Positions 14,104 to 25,035 of a stretch of 64,000 nt of DNA are shown here, piece after piece. How positions within the stretch are numbered: the first letter of the stretch is position 1; the number at the start of each line of letters is the position of its first letter. Both the position numbers and the translations under genes were made by a program. This DNA comes from Microbotryum violaceum (lineage: Eukaryota), in assembly GCA_001244265.2 (NCBI GenBank), contig CDLV01000005.1, positions 1,674,001 to 1,738,000 on the forward strand. Direction: 5' to 3'. The notes below the pieces were generated by a model. It was not told the origin of the DNA and searched no databases. It saw nothing but the letters and a program-made list of their open reading frames with translations.

Positions 14104-15093
14104 AATCTCCCCAAGCACGCTCCCGCCGCACTGGGTCAGTTCCGCACTGCCTGCTGTTGCCGTACCAGTATTCGCTGCGTACCTTTGCCACCTCCTGCCA
14201 AGGTTGGTTGCCGTCCTAGATCTCTTCCTGCCCTCACGCCTTCTGGCTGACAGGTTCCGAGCATCTCACAGGACCTCCCCAGCGATACAAACACGCAACT
14301 GCCTCCCAGTCTTCTGCCCTGCCAGACTACGACGGACAGCTGCCCACTGCGTACGCCTCTTCTTCTCAACCTTCCTTGTTGGATTGTTGACTGACTGTTC
14401 ATACCCTGTATGCAGCCGTTTCTGCCCTACACCTGCCAGTGTAGCCGCACCTTATTTTCCTGAGTACCGAGTCACGCTCCCGGAGCTAAGGTACATCACT
14501 CCCCCGCATCAGGCTCTACCTTTTGGTACTCCTGCTCACAACTGTCCTTGTTGGGCATGTTGGCTTACTTGGCTACCTTGCGCTACAGACTACACTTGCC
14601 ACCCAACGTGCCAGCGTTCAGGGTCGGTTTCCTTCTTTCAAGTGTGTCACGCTTTCCAAGCAAAGGTATGCCAAGCCTCCCAGTCTTTGCAGTATTTCTG
14701 AGTACTAATAGCATCCACGCTTTCCAAGCAAAGTGTCCTATTTTTGAGCTCCTCCCACCCACCCTAAAAATAAAATAAAATAACCTTTTTGGTATCTTTT
14801 CTCTCTTTTATTATCTCTCTTCTGATCTCTGGGTCTCTTGTCTTGTGGGTACTTTCTTTCAACCCATTCCGTTTGTTACGGGATGCCGGGTTTCATGCCT
14901 GATACTGCAACTCGACTCAAATCCCGCTACCTAGCCGCGCTTCTACGAAAGAGTCGAAGGGGACGCGGGCGCGACTTGGGGTTGAAACGGAGTGGACCAC
15001 CCATCGGTGGGTTTTTTTCAGACTTGTATAACCCGGACTCCCGTAAATTGCCATACGGGCTCATAGGGCAAAGGCTCCCCCTTATGCTTTTCA

Positions 15094-17412
15094 TAATCGG
15101 AATTAGGTTAATCCCGCGAATAGCAGGGCACTTTGGTCCCGAGGATGGCAACTCTGGTCCACATCGGAGGCGACTCTGGTCCCACATCGGAGGCGACTTT
15201 GGGATCACATCGGTGCGGACTTTGGGATCACATCCGAGGTCATTCTTGTACCACGTTCATGGGGACTTTGTTACCACATAGTGTAGACGCCTGTAGCTCT
15301 TGCAATGTGTGATGTATCACTCTGGGAACAGTATTTTGATGCATGTACAGGTCTATAGTACTTCTGGCCGGTGAGACAAGGCGGACAATGCAGTAGTTGC
15401 TACATCGAGGTTCTGCCCCGCTTGGCCTCTCCGCGCCCGTGGTGTCAGCAGCGGTCCGGCGCCCGAACCGCCAAGGTCGGCACTCCCGAACGTGATTGCG
15501 CCGACTCGGATTAGACCAGAATTGGCACCGGTCCCTCGCTTCTCTCATCCATGAAGAACAGTTCATAGAGATCGAGCGAAGATACAGACTCTAATAAGTC
15601 ACGCTTCGACATCGGCAGACTTTTGCTTGTATGATCATTGCAGTTGAACGATCCGATCTCTTTTGCAGGCCCCCGAGCAACGACGGCCATCCGCAGAACC
15701 TCCATAACAGGTCGACCTTCGCGGGTTGACTCCAAGCTTCTAGAAGAGTGATGGGCAGTTCTGGACTTCATCAGATCCCTACTGCTACGTCTGACGGCTG
15801 TTGATGATGAGTAGACGCGGGCGCCTTACCGTAAGGTCGCTCGACGACAGCGAGACAGCATTCATATTTGCGTGGAGCCCAATCATGCGTCTGTTGGTAT
15901 ACCTCACGAATAAGAGTTAGTTCGATCACAGGACGAAACAAAACGCAGCGCAGCACGCAGCTTCGACACACCTCTTTAGCTATGAACCTTGGGAGCTCCA
16001 GGACAGGGAGATTGCTTACAAATTTCCAGTCGGATTTCTGCTTGCGAGGAACGAGCGGCCTGAGACGGAGTTCGTTGTGCTCTGCAGTGGTGAAGATGAT
16101 GTTTGAGAGAAATGCCTCCGCGCTTCGTGTTCGACAGTTCGTCCGTCTGCGTTCCGCCGAGAGAGCTCGCAGGTATACCGGTCCAAATCTTCTTGTCTTT
16201 CCGAGCCAGGAGTGGTGCGGAGACGACGTTGTCAGGTAATGCCTCCTCTGATCTGTCTTCTTCGACTCCGTAGTATGAATCGCTTGTCGAATCCTCTTCG
16301 GAGTCGCTGGAACAGTTCTTGCGAGAGTTCGAAAACCCCGAGGCTGAGGAGGTGCGAGACATCGAGGACTTGGGGGGGACCGCGACCAAAGCTGCCGAGA
16401 GTTTCGAGTCATCCTCATCCTCATATGAATCCGATTCATCATCTGATAGGTATGGCTCTGGCGAGCTTTGTTGTCGCAGCGCAATGGGTGGGCGGTCCCC
16501 TTTGTATTTGACTTGCAGTTGGTTCATCGCTTAAGTTGTTGACATGAGCGTACTTGGCGTCGTCTAGAAGGTACCCCATCCAGGCGTTGTTGTGCTCGAA
16601 ATGGACGAACTATCCGCTCAACAAGGAAGGAAATGAGTGCTTTGTGTGAGGATTGTATGTGTACGAGTAGGCGAGTGGGGTGTAAAGACGAGGAGCGTAC
16701 GAAGCTTCAATGAGGTTTTTTTTTGGTTTTTTTTTTTTTGCTTGCTTCAGGCCGAGCGGCATTCGTGAGCTTGCCGGTTTCTAATAAGGGTTCTAACGGT
16801 TGCAGGCCTAATGGAGCTAGAGCTCACCCGTGTGATTTATGTGATGGCGTCACTGAAATGGTTAGTGATAAGGAAGTTACAGTGACAAGGCATAGGGAAA
16901 AAAGGGTTTACTCCACCCTACGATGTTTGTTGCATGCAACGCCTGTTGCCTCGTCACTGCCAGACGTTGGCAGTCCGACAGTCGTCCGGATCGGAGTGTG
17001 AGGTCCCGGAATCGCTGACACCACCGACACCACCGCCGGGCGGCGCCGGAGCGGCCAAGCAGGCCGGGGAAGAGTAGAGCCCCGATGTAGCAACTACTGC
17101 ATTGTCCGCCTTGTCTCACCGGCCAGAAGTACTATAGACCTGTACATGCAAATACTGTTCCCAGAGTGATACATCACACATTGCAAGAGATACAGGCGTC
17201 TACACTATATGTGGTATCACAGTCCCCTATGAACGTGGTACCAGAATAACCTCGGATGTGATCCCAAAGTCCGCACCGATGTGATCCCAAAGTCGCCTCC
17301 GATGTGGGACCAGAGTTGCCTCCGACGTGGGCCCAAAACCCGACCTTATGTGAGCCCAGAGTGACGAGCGATTAGAGCGGTTATGTGTGCGTGCCCTAAC
17401 CTATTCCGGATT
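15094..17412. mobile_element. Long-inverted-repeat (foldback/MULE-like) element with subterminal 23-bp tandem units and an internal orphan gene
   Basis: About 15147-15407 is the near-perfect reverse complement of about 17083-17330, with weaker similarity outward (TAATCGGAATTAGGTTA vs TAACCTATTCCGGATTA) and inward. Each arm has tandem GGCGACTTTGGGATCACATCGGT-type units. No TSD identified; outer ends approximate. Confidence 0.7.
15511..16527 (-). CDS. Orphan spliced gene (possibly disrupted) inside the inverted-repeat element
   Basis: Overlapping ORFs 15976-16527, 15771-16484 and 15511-15771. Acidic/Ser-rich N-terminus. Intron-like signals GTGTGT...ACTAAC...CAACAG and GTAAGG...TCAACAG. No domain recognised. 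Confidence 0.35.
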
Positions 17413-17713
17413 AAGGAACTCCGAGGATTTAGGGTGACCGGCGGACGCAGACGACGCAGAAATTAAGAATGGTCGCGAGGCCTGATCACGAATTAGCGTC
17501 AAACAAAGCCAGCTATTCCCTCGAGCACCCTTTCTCTCGGTGGGCCTTCTCTTGGTCACCGTAGTACATAGCCGACTGGGGGACTGCAGCTGTAGAGGTT
17601 TATGACCTCAAAGGCTCTTTTCTCTCGCCCGAACGCCTCCATCGAACACCTTGCAGTCACTCCTTTCACCACAGCCTCCCAAGGGTCTTCTCCGATCATC
17701 GCCCAGTAAAGGT

Positions 17714-20177
17714 ATGCCCGTTGTGACAGCGTCGACGACTTCAGCGGGATCAATGTGGCCCTCGTATGTTTCGCCGAGCTCGACGAGCCGACATGCAGCA
17801 GCGGCAGGAGAGGCCGCTCGAACGCCCGAGTCCGAAGTGGCCCCGGTGATGAGCCAGCCCGCCGTAGCGCCAGTCAACCACCTCTCTCCGCTCGCAAGCC
17901 GACCCCACCCACACGCCGCGACCAGCAGCCCCTTACAACACGTCGCTGCACACCGTTTGTCGTTCAGCTCGCCCCGATCCGACACCGAGCCGGGGAGCTA
18001 TCTGTCCAAGTCGTCGTCGGGGAACTCTATGCCAGCGAGTCCAGCATGTGCAGGAGGCGGAGCACGACGATCTAGCCACGTCGCGCAGCGCTCCGTATTC
18101 GGTTTCATCGTCGGGCACCACTACACGAGGATAGACGATGGACCGCCGTTGATACCCGTCGCACCTCCTAGTCTGTGGGCCGCCACCGGGGCTCTCGTAC
18201 GGTACCCGCTCGTGATCGTGCTCGTCACGTGCTCCGTGAGCCTGTTCTTCCTTAGCAGTTCAGTCGCATCTCTGTGGAACGGCCTCAGCGACAGTCAGGG
18301 CAACTACAGGAATGGGAGCAACATCGACGTCTTCCAGGACTACAACATCTCCGCCCCCGACGGCAGTGCGATTGCGACCTTCATCGGTAAGCCGCCGCTC
18401 TCCAAAATCCGCGTGAAAGCTTTCTCGACGGACCCCGGCGAACGACGAAGGCGCTTCGGCAATCTCGAGCGGGACCTGAGACCAAACCTTGCAATCTGAC
18501 GATGTCTTCCTTGAGAGTCGGCCGGGAACTTATCCTCCGTTTCCTTCTATTTCCTTCTATTTATATTCTTCGCAGGGCTCGGTGCGACCCTGACCAGCTG
18601 TTACGTCAAGGACAAGAACGGCCATTTCCGGGACGTCGTACTAGGATGTAGGTAAAAAAAAAACCTTCTCGGGCTCACGTGAGGGTCTTTCGCGCCCCTT
18701 TCGGCGTCTGTGACATCACGCCGCGGACCGCTGACTCGGCGCCGCCGGCGCTCCCGTTCCCTCGGTCTCCCCCGCGCAAACGAACCCTGTGTGCACTTGC
18801 CTTATTTTGAGCAAGCAGATGATGGCCGGAGGAAGTACCTCACAGATATACGCCTACTATGGCTCTGTCGTGGGCCGGTATGCGAATCGGATAAAGAACG
18901 GTACGTATTTTTGGCATTTTGGCAGCGATGCTCCACCGGTGACCCTTTGCTGACGCCTACTGGCCGACTCTTTCCGATTCTCAGCCACGTTCTCCATTCC
19001 ACCTCTTCGACAGCTTGATGAGCCGCTCCCACCCAGAACGACAGTTTACAAAGTCGCTGCGAACGAGCAAGAAGGGAAAACAGCACTTCATGTTGGAAAA
19101 TGGGGTTACTCGAGGGCTGGATGGTCCTTGGTCAAGCATGAGGCCGATCGGATCACGTTTGGACTCAGGGACCGAGGAGCTGAAGGTGAGTGCCGCCCGA
19201 CGAGCTTTCCGCCGAACATAGAAGCTGATGATGGTAGACACATGTACAGGCTTTCCCGGAACAGTCCATGTTTTGGCATCGTACACGCTTGGTCCAGATG
19301 CGGTATGGACAACTAGACTATCTGGTCAAGTCAAGACGGGCAAGGCAACGCCGATGATGATGTCGTCCCACGTCTACTGGAGTCTCAACGGCTATGGCTA
19401 CGACACCTCCGGAGCGGTCGGTAAAACGACGAACAAGGGCGCGCTGGACCATGTCTTGAAGATCAAGAGTTCGAGCTATGTATCGACCGATGAGATCCTA
19501 GTACGTCGAATAGAAAATGTGTGTCCATTCCGTGCTCTTCCAACCTCTTAATTCCTTCAACCCTGCAGGTCCCCTCCGGATCCATCACCCGTATCGCCTC
19601 GAACGCCTCGCCCCTCGACTTCCGGAAAGCGCGAACAATCGGTTCCCGCTTCAGTCGGACCGACGGCGTTTGTGGTGGTGATTGCACAGGTTACGACACA
19701 TGCTTCATCTACGACCAGAGCGCGCCGAGGGAGCCGGTGATGGAGTTGATCAGTCCCGGTTCGGGGATCAGGCGAGTGACCTATCGGACGAACTGCATTT
19801 CATCAGCCCTGCACGAGCTTACTATGTTTCTTCTTCCTGTCTACATTACGAACTCACAGGCTATCAGTCCGCACAAATCAGCCCGCAGTCCAATTCTACA
19901 CGTGCAACCACCAAGGCTCGACGCCTCGCAAGCATTCGCACGGTGGACCCGACGCCGGCTTTTACGAGAAGCATTCGTGCGTCGTCTTGGAGCAGCAGGG
20001 GAGGATAGGGGCAATTCGGGAGCCGGAATGGGGGGAGGATCAGGTACGTTGGGCTCATTGCGGTTTTTTCTGTCGATACCATCGTAGACTGACGTGAGCT
20101 CTACGGATGGTTCATAGGTTTACACACCGTCGAGGGCCTACGATTGGTGGAGCGAGTACTCGTTCTCGACCTTTTAG
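17714..20177 (+). CDS. Aldose 1-epimerase (galactose mutarotase)-like protein with N-terminal extension and predicted TM helix
   Basis: GLGATLTSCYVKDKNGHFRDVVLG, YYGSVVGRYANRIKN, GFPG, SSHVYWSLNG, GYDTCFIYD, TNQPAVQFYTCN, CVVLEQQ. Multi-exon; stop TAG at 20175-20177. One unresolved frame break near 18847. Confidence 0.85.
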
Positions 20178-20471
20178 ACCGGATCCATTGCGAGGCGCAA
20201 CGATACCAGGAGAATGAAAGAGCACGTAGCCTATACACTCCAGATGTTGTAATATACCACATACCCGTGAAAAAATGTCGGCGCAAGAAGCTTGCAACCT
20301 GTCCGGTCCCCAATCATGGACTCTCCGCCTCTCGATGTCAATCGAGACGTTCCCACGACTGCAATGCAAAATAAGTAGGATCCACATACATAACAGTCAG
20401 CGAAGCGCACTGATGATCTCTGATAATCTCCTGTCACCTTCATCCCCTTCTTCAACCCCATCTCGGCCTAC

Positions 20472-22047
20472 TCAGTCCGAATCCAACTCGATCGTGCCCA
20501 AACTTTTCACCTCCGGCTTGATTTTGGGTTTCCGATCCGCCCCACCCTGCTTCTTCATCTTCCTCTTCTTCTTTCTCTTGGAATTCAACTTGGCCAATTC
20601 GGCCTTCAACCTCCTCGCTTCTACTTTCTCCTCTGGTGTAAGACCCTCAACCTCAGATTCGGAAGGTTCGGATTCGGCGGATGACGCGGAAGCTAGGTCG
20701 TCGGATTCGGAGGACGAGTCGCTCACTTCGAGATGATCCCCCGGGTTTTGGATGGTGCTTGCTGATCGTGGAGCACTGTTGGCGTTCGGTCGTGACCTCT
20801 TCGACCTGAACAAATCAGAAATGATTGGGGTAGCCGACGTCAATTAGCAAAGTTCCCCTCTAAAGAGGCTTCTCCATCGTCAATCAAACGTACTCGATAC
20901 GATCTTCGAGCTCCAACAAAACTATGAGACAAGAAGTCGCACCCAATCAGCGTTTCAGTCGTTTCTGACGATTGAGCATGCGACCCCGGACTCACTGCGT
21001 GCTCGATACTTAAACTCGATAAAGCCCATCGGGGACGAGAGGTCGCCCAAAGCGACCGTATCGCATAAGTGTAGCTTCCCCCGAAGCGGGACAGTCGAGC
21101 CGAATCTAAACAAAACATAACTCAGATCCCCAATGAGTATCCCTAGCGTGGTAGGCAGTGCCATACTACTCACGCGGTGGTATGGGACAACGAAGCCTTT
21201 TTCGATTTCTCATGAAGCACCGGTGGGTCGGGGTTGTCGTTATAAGACACGGTGTCCCTCAACGTCGGACCGAGGTGTTGACTCTGGATGATGCGGACTT
21301 GAATCGTACCGGCGTTCTTGATCGTTTCCTCGACCTTGGTTGCGGTGTTGTCGTCGTCTGTGAGTCGGATCTTGCCAAAGACGAACGGTCGTTCGCTTGT
21401 CTGGGAAGGAACACACGATTCGCGAGAAGGCATCGTTCCCCAAACGCTCCTTTGGATCAGTCTTCACCTTTCACTGGTGGTTCACAGCATTACGACTCCG
21501 TGCCCCTACCTTGGATGCTAGCCGCCCAGACAGGATGGTTTCTCTGGCCGGATGATCCAACGGGTAGCCGTACCGTGCGTGATCCTTCTTGGCCAGGATG
21601 CCGCGTTGCCTGTGCATTCCATCCCGCACATTTGCTCCAATGGGATCAGCACCCCAGCCTCTGTGTAACAGACGATCTGCATATCTCCCCTACGCTCTCA
21701 CTGACTTAGTACCATCAATATAAACCCACGCATCAAGATCGGTCGGCGCGCTGAGCCGTTCATCCCGGAACTTGACCGCATATGACTTCCTCTCCTTGGA
21801 CTCGATGTACCCAACAGCCTTGTTCCCTTCGATGTGGGGGTCGTATATGGGTGCATCGACGCCGTCGACGACGACCCAGGCGAAGAAGCCGGGCAGGCCG
21901 GGCGCCTCGCTGCGAACGATTGTTGAAGCAAGACCAAGCAGGCCGCAGCGTGTTCCCGCCGTCAGTGATGAGCCAAGAATAGGCTGCGCGAACGTTGATT
22001 AGATACGCGTGTACTTACAGACGTTTGACGGGCGGCTTGGGTGCCAT
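20472..22047 (-). CDS. DUF7918-like basidiomycete hypothetical protein
   Basis: Exons FFAWVVVDGVDAPIY...VGYIESKERKSYAVKF...AWVYIDG, ERPFVFGKIRLTDDD...GTIQVRI...VLHEKSKKASLSH, FIEFKYRAR|ILLELEDRI, then a charged tail ending TIELDSD. Family assignment is from motif recall. Confidence 0.6.
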
Positions 22048-22773
22048 GGTGGGGCGGCGTATGGTGATGCGAAGGCGCAAATGCGCAGAACAAAGGAGCG
22101 AACCGTGGCGACGAGGCCGTGAGGTGGGGTGCCGTCCGGGTTCAAAACCAGGTGTTCAGATCTGTTCAAAACAGATCGGCAGGTCCATTAAGCCAGCCAA
22201 ATGAAGACCGAGCCCGACTCCCCACCCCCAGCAGGTTTTCACTTTGTTCTTCTCTCGTTTTTCGTGCAGCAATTCGGCAAAACGAGAACGTCCACCTCGG
22301 TACCGAAGGAGATGCTAGTACCCAGAATGCGCGATGATGACTCCATCCGCCCCCTTGGTGCGTTGTGGTGACTAAGTGCGTGTTCGGCTGCACTTTTAAG
22401 CACTTTTAAGACCGCTTTTAGGGAAATCCTCAGCCATTCTGAAAGCCTCCCTAAAAGTGCTTAAAAGTGCTTAAAAGTGGCGTGTACGGTTGCGTCGCTA
22501 AAAGTTCCTAAAAGTCACTTTTAGGGACCATTCCTTAAAAGTGGTCCGCGGGCACTTTTAGCACTTTTAGGGACGCACTCCGAGCTTCGACCCCCTTAGG
22601 CTGGCAGGTTGCTGGGACGCGCTCGGACCGCTCAGGCCGCCTCGGTGGTAGCATTGGCTCACGTGCGTAGATAACCGAATATGTGAAATCTAATCAGGCT
22701 TGATACAAAAAAAAACCTCACGGACGCGTCGGTTGGCCTTCGTCGCGTCACGTCGTGCAGTGCGCTGTCCACC

Positions 22774-23211
22774 ATGGCCAAGAAATCCACCTTATCACAC
22801 TCAGCAAGCGACGACGACAGCAAGAACGACTCCGCTCACTCGAACACTTTGCGCAAAAAGAACAAAAGCAACACAGGCAAGGGCAAGAGCAAAAGCAAAT
22901 CGAGAGGGGCCGGGACGCGAGCGGAGAACTGGTCCGTTGCGCAGACCACCTTTTTGGTCCATCTCTATGGCAACAACATGCTGTCGCCCGAGCTTCCTCT
23001 GAAGCTTCCAGCCTGGAACATCATTGTTACTTCGATGGTGAAGCAACACCCCGAGCGCAAAGAGAGCTGTAGCCGACGCCAAGTGAAAGCTCTCTGGCTC
23101 ATGGAGCACGCTCCCGTACCTTTGTCCATGGTCGGACCATTGGCATCGCGAGTGTACAGGGTACAAAACCCATGTCCTACAACAGTGACTTGCCTTTTTT
23201 TTACCCATTAG
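22774..23211 (+). pseudogene. Harbinger Myb/SANT-like DNA-binding accessory protein (3' truncated)
   Basis: ENWSVAQTTFLVHLY...LPAWNIIVTSM...CSRRQVKALW with Trp-spaced helical pattern, inside the Harbinger TIRs. Confidence 0.7.
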
Positions 23212-23214
23212 CCA

Positions 23215-24278
23215 TTATTTGAGGTGGTACCGAACGTTTCTGTACGGTGCCGTGCACTCCTCGCTGGTTGCAAAGCCTGCATCACCAAGATACCACTCTA
23301 GTATTTGCCTTCGGGGATGAGGAGGTCCCGTTCGCGGGCCCAATCCCACGCTTGCTGATCGTGAGCAGAACCTTCGCAGCGGGTCTGAAGATAGCAGAAG
23401 CGAAGTTCGAAAGTCATAGCCGCGAGTATGTCTTGTGTCTTGTCTCCTTTTCGATCCATCGATCGTTTGGCATCGTTGGCCGCTGAGTACAGGGGGCGTG
23501 CGTTCCGTCGATGGCGCCGATGCAATTGCCGAAGTATCGTGCAAACCGAGGTTTGTCGGTGATAACGCTCGATGTAGGCGTGTCTACCGTAGGCTGAACA
23601 ACGTACAGCTTTCTGGGGTCGCTGTGCACAAGTAATCCAAGTGTTTCTGGCAAATGACTGCGACGCAAATAGGAAGGTGCATGAGTACTAGCGCTCAGGT
23701 TTGGAGTTAGGAGGAAAGCTGCGGACCTGTTCTGTCATGAAGTAGGACATGAGAGCAGGAACTACTAACCGAGCGATGGTATCCAACAATCTTTGAAAAA
23801 CCTCGTCGATTTTGCGGTAAGACTCGGCGCCCCGCTGCCAGTACAGCAACATAGCAAGTTTCTCCTCGACGGTCACATGCTTCGAGGGGACGATCTCGGT
23901 GTGAAGAAGCACTTTTTTCACGAAGATGGAGAAGCAGGCCGGTGTCATGCCAAGAGCATTACTCTTAGGAACAGGATTCTTGTTGTTGAAGAGCTCCATA
24001 ACGAAGATGAGGCCGGTTCGGACCGAAATATGCTGAAGCAAGGGCGGATTTCGTCTTCGTTTGGCCGTTTCGTCCAGGAGACGGCGTTGCTGCAGATGCC
24101 TTTCAATATACTTCTGCAGTATGTATATTCCCGCTGCGATGGCAGAATCTATCTGCTCGTCGGATAGATCCTGGGGGAGTGTATTTATGACTTCGAGATG
24201 TCTTCATGCAGCGATGCGCATTGCAGAAGCAAGACACGCATCTCCTCGTGCCGGATGTTGCGATTCGAATTTCGACAT
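23215..24278 (-). pseudogene. Harbinger (HARBI1/DDE_Tnp_4) transposase, disrupted and 3' truncated
   Basis: MTPACF...VTVEEKLAMLLY...FQRLLDTI, CIGAIDGTH, EGSAHD, YLGDAGF, PYRNVRYHL. In-frame stops (e.g. 24204-24206, 23215-23217) and frameshifts. The region with the final catalytic E (IERxFG) is not seen. Confidence 0.88.
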
Positions 24279-24937
24279 GCCGGGTTCAAACGCGTGACCT
24301 GAACTCGTCCGGTGAGCTCTCTCACCCGTCATATATCAGATCGCTCCCGGCCGTTCGCGCCTTGAAAGTGGTTCCTAAATGTGAGGTGTTCGGCTGCTAA
24401 AAGTGGACCTTAACCGCGGCGCGCGCCGCTTTCAGCTAAAAGTGAAAAGGTCCTAAAAGTGCTTTTCCAGCCGAACACGCCCTAATAGAACATGTCATTG
24501 GAGCAGGAGTACGGGCAGCCAAGGACGCTCGCTCACATTCGCTCACTGGCGCACACGCCCTTACATAACCTCGGAACCCTCCACAGAGTGGAGGGCTTAG
24601 TTGAGCTTAGGTCCTACACGCCCTCACACGCCCAGTTGCTGATGGCTCGTGTCTGCGCGCGCTTGCCCTCCTTTCCTTAGCCTTGGGCCTCTTTGCCGGC
24701 AAGATCCAGCCCGGCGAATCCGTGAGGCGCGCATGAGCCCCAACGGAGGTGCTGAGTGCGCGACCACGAGCGTCGATCCATCCGTTCCCACGATAAGACA
24801 CGTCAGAAGTGCAAGTGACTAGTACCCATACCGGTGCCAGAGCCAGTGATGAGGTGAAAGCAAAGGTGTATGAGGCCGCGCTGACGCCTTCCCCCGTGAC
24901 ATCATCTCTCACCGTTGACAGGATCGCGTACAGAGGT

Positions 24938-25035
24938 CCCCGTCGACCCCGTCGACCCCGTCGACCCCGTCAACCCCAACGTCCCCGTCGCCGATATCGT
25001 CATTATCGTCACTATCGTCACTATCGTCATCGTCG
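24938..25035 (+). repeat. Two 9-bp tandem arrays (CCCCGTCGA)n and (ATCGTCACT)n encoding PST and SSL repeats
   Basis: Read directly from sequence; in frame with the N-terminus of kinase copy 2. Confidence 0.85.

Larger units (their letters stand above)
22376..24482. mobile_element. PIF/Harbinger DNA transposon, defective
   Basis: TIRs GTGCGTGTTCGGCTG (22376) and CAGCCGAACACGCCC (to 24482), 14/15 match. TAA TSD at 22373-22375 and 24483-24485. Many CACTTTTA/TAAAAGTG subterminal repeats. Convergent Myb/SANT-like and DDE_Tnp_4 genes. Confidence 0.92.

Noticed and set aside
13978..17335. 31-bp and 23-bp repeats as a CRISPR-like array
   Set aside because: Units are head-to-tail with no unique spacers, there are no cas genes, and the context is eukaryotic.
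17430..17563. TAGGGTGACC...GGTCACCGTA mini inverted repeat resembling hAT ends
   Set aside because: Only 10 bp with a mismatch and no flanking 8-bp TSD.
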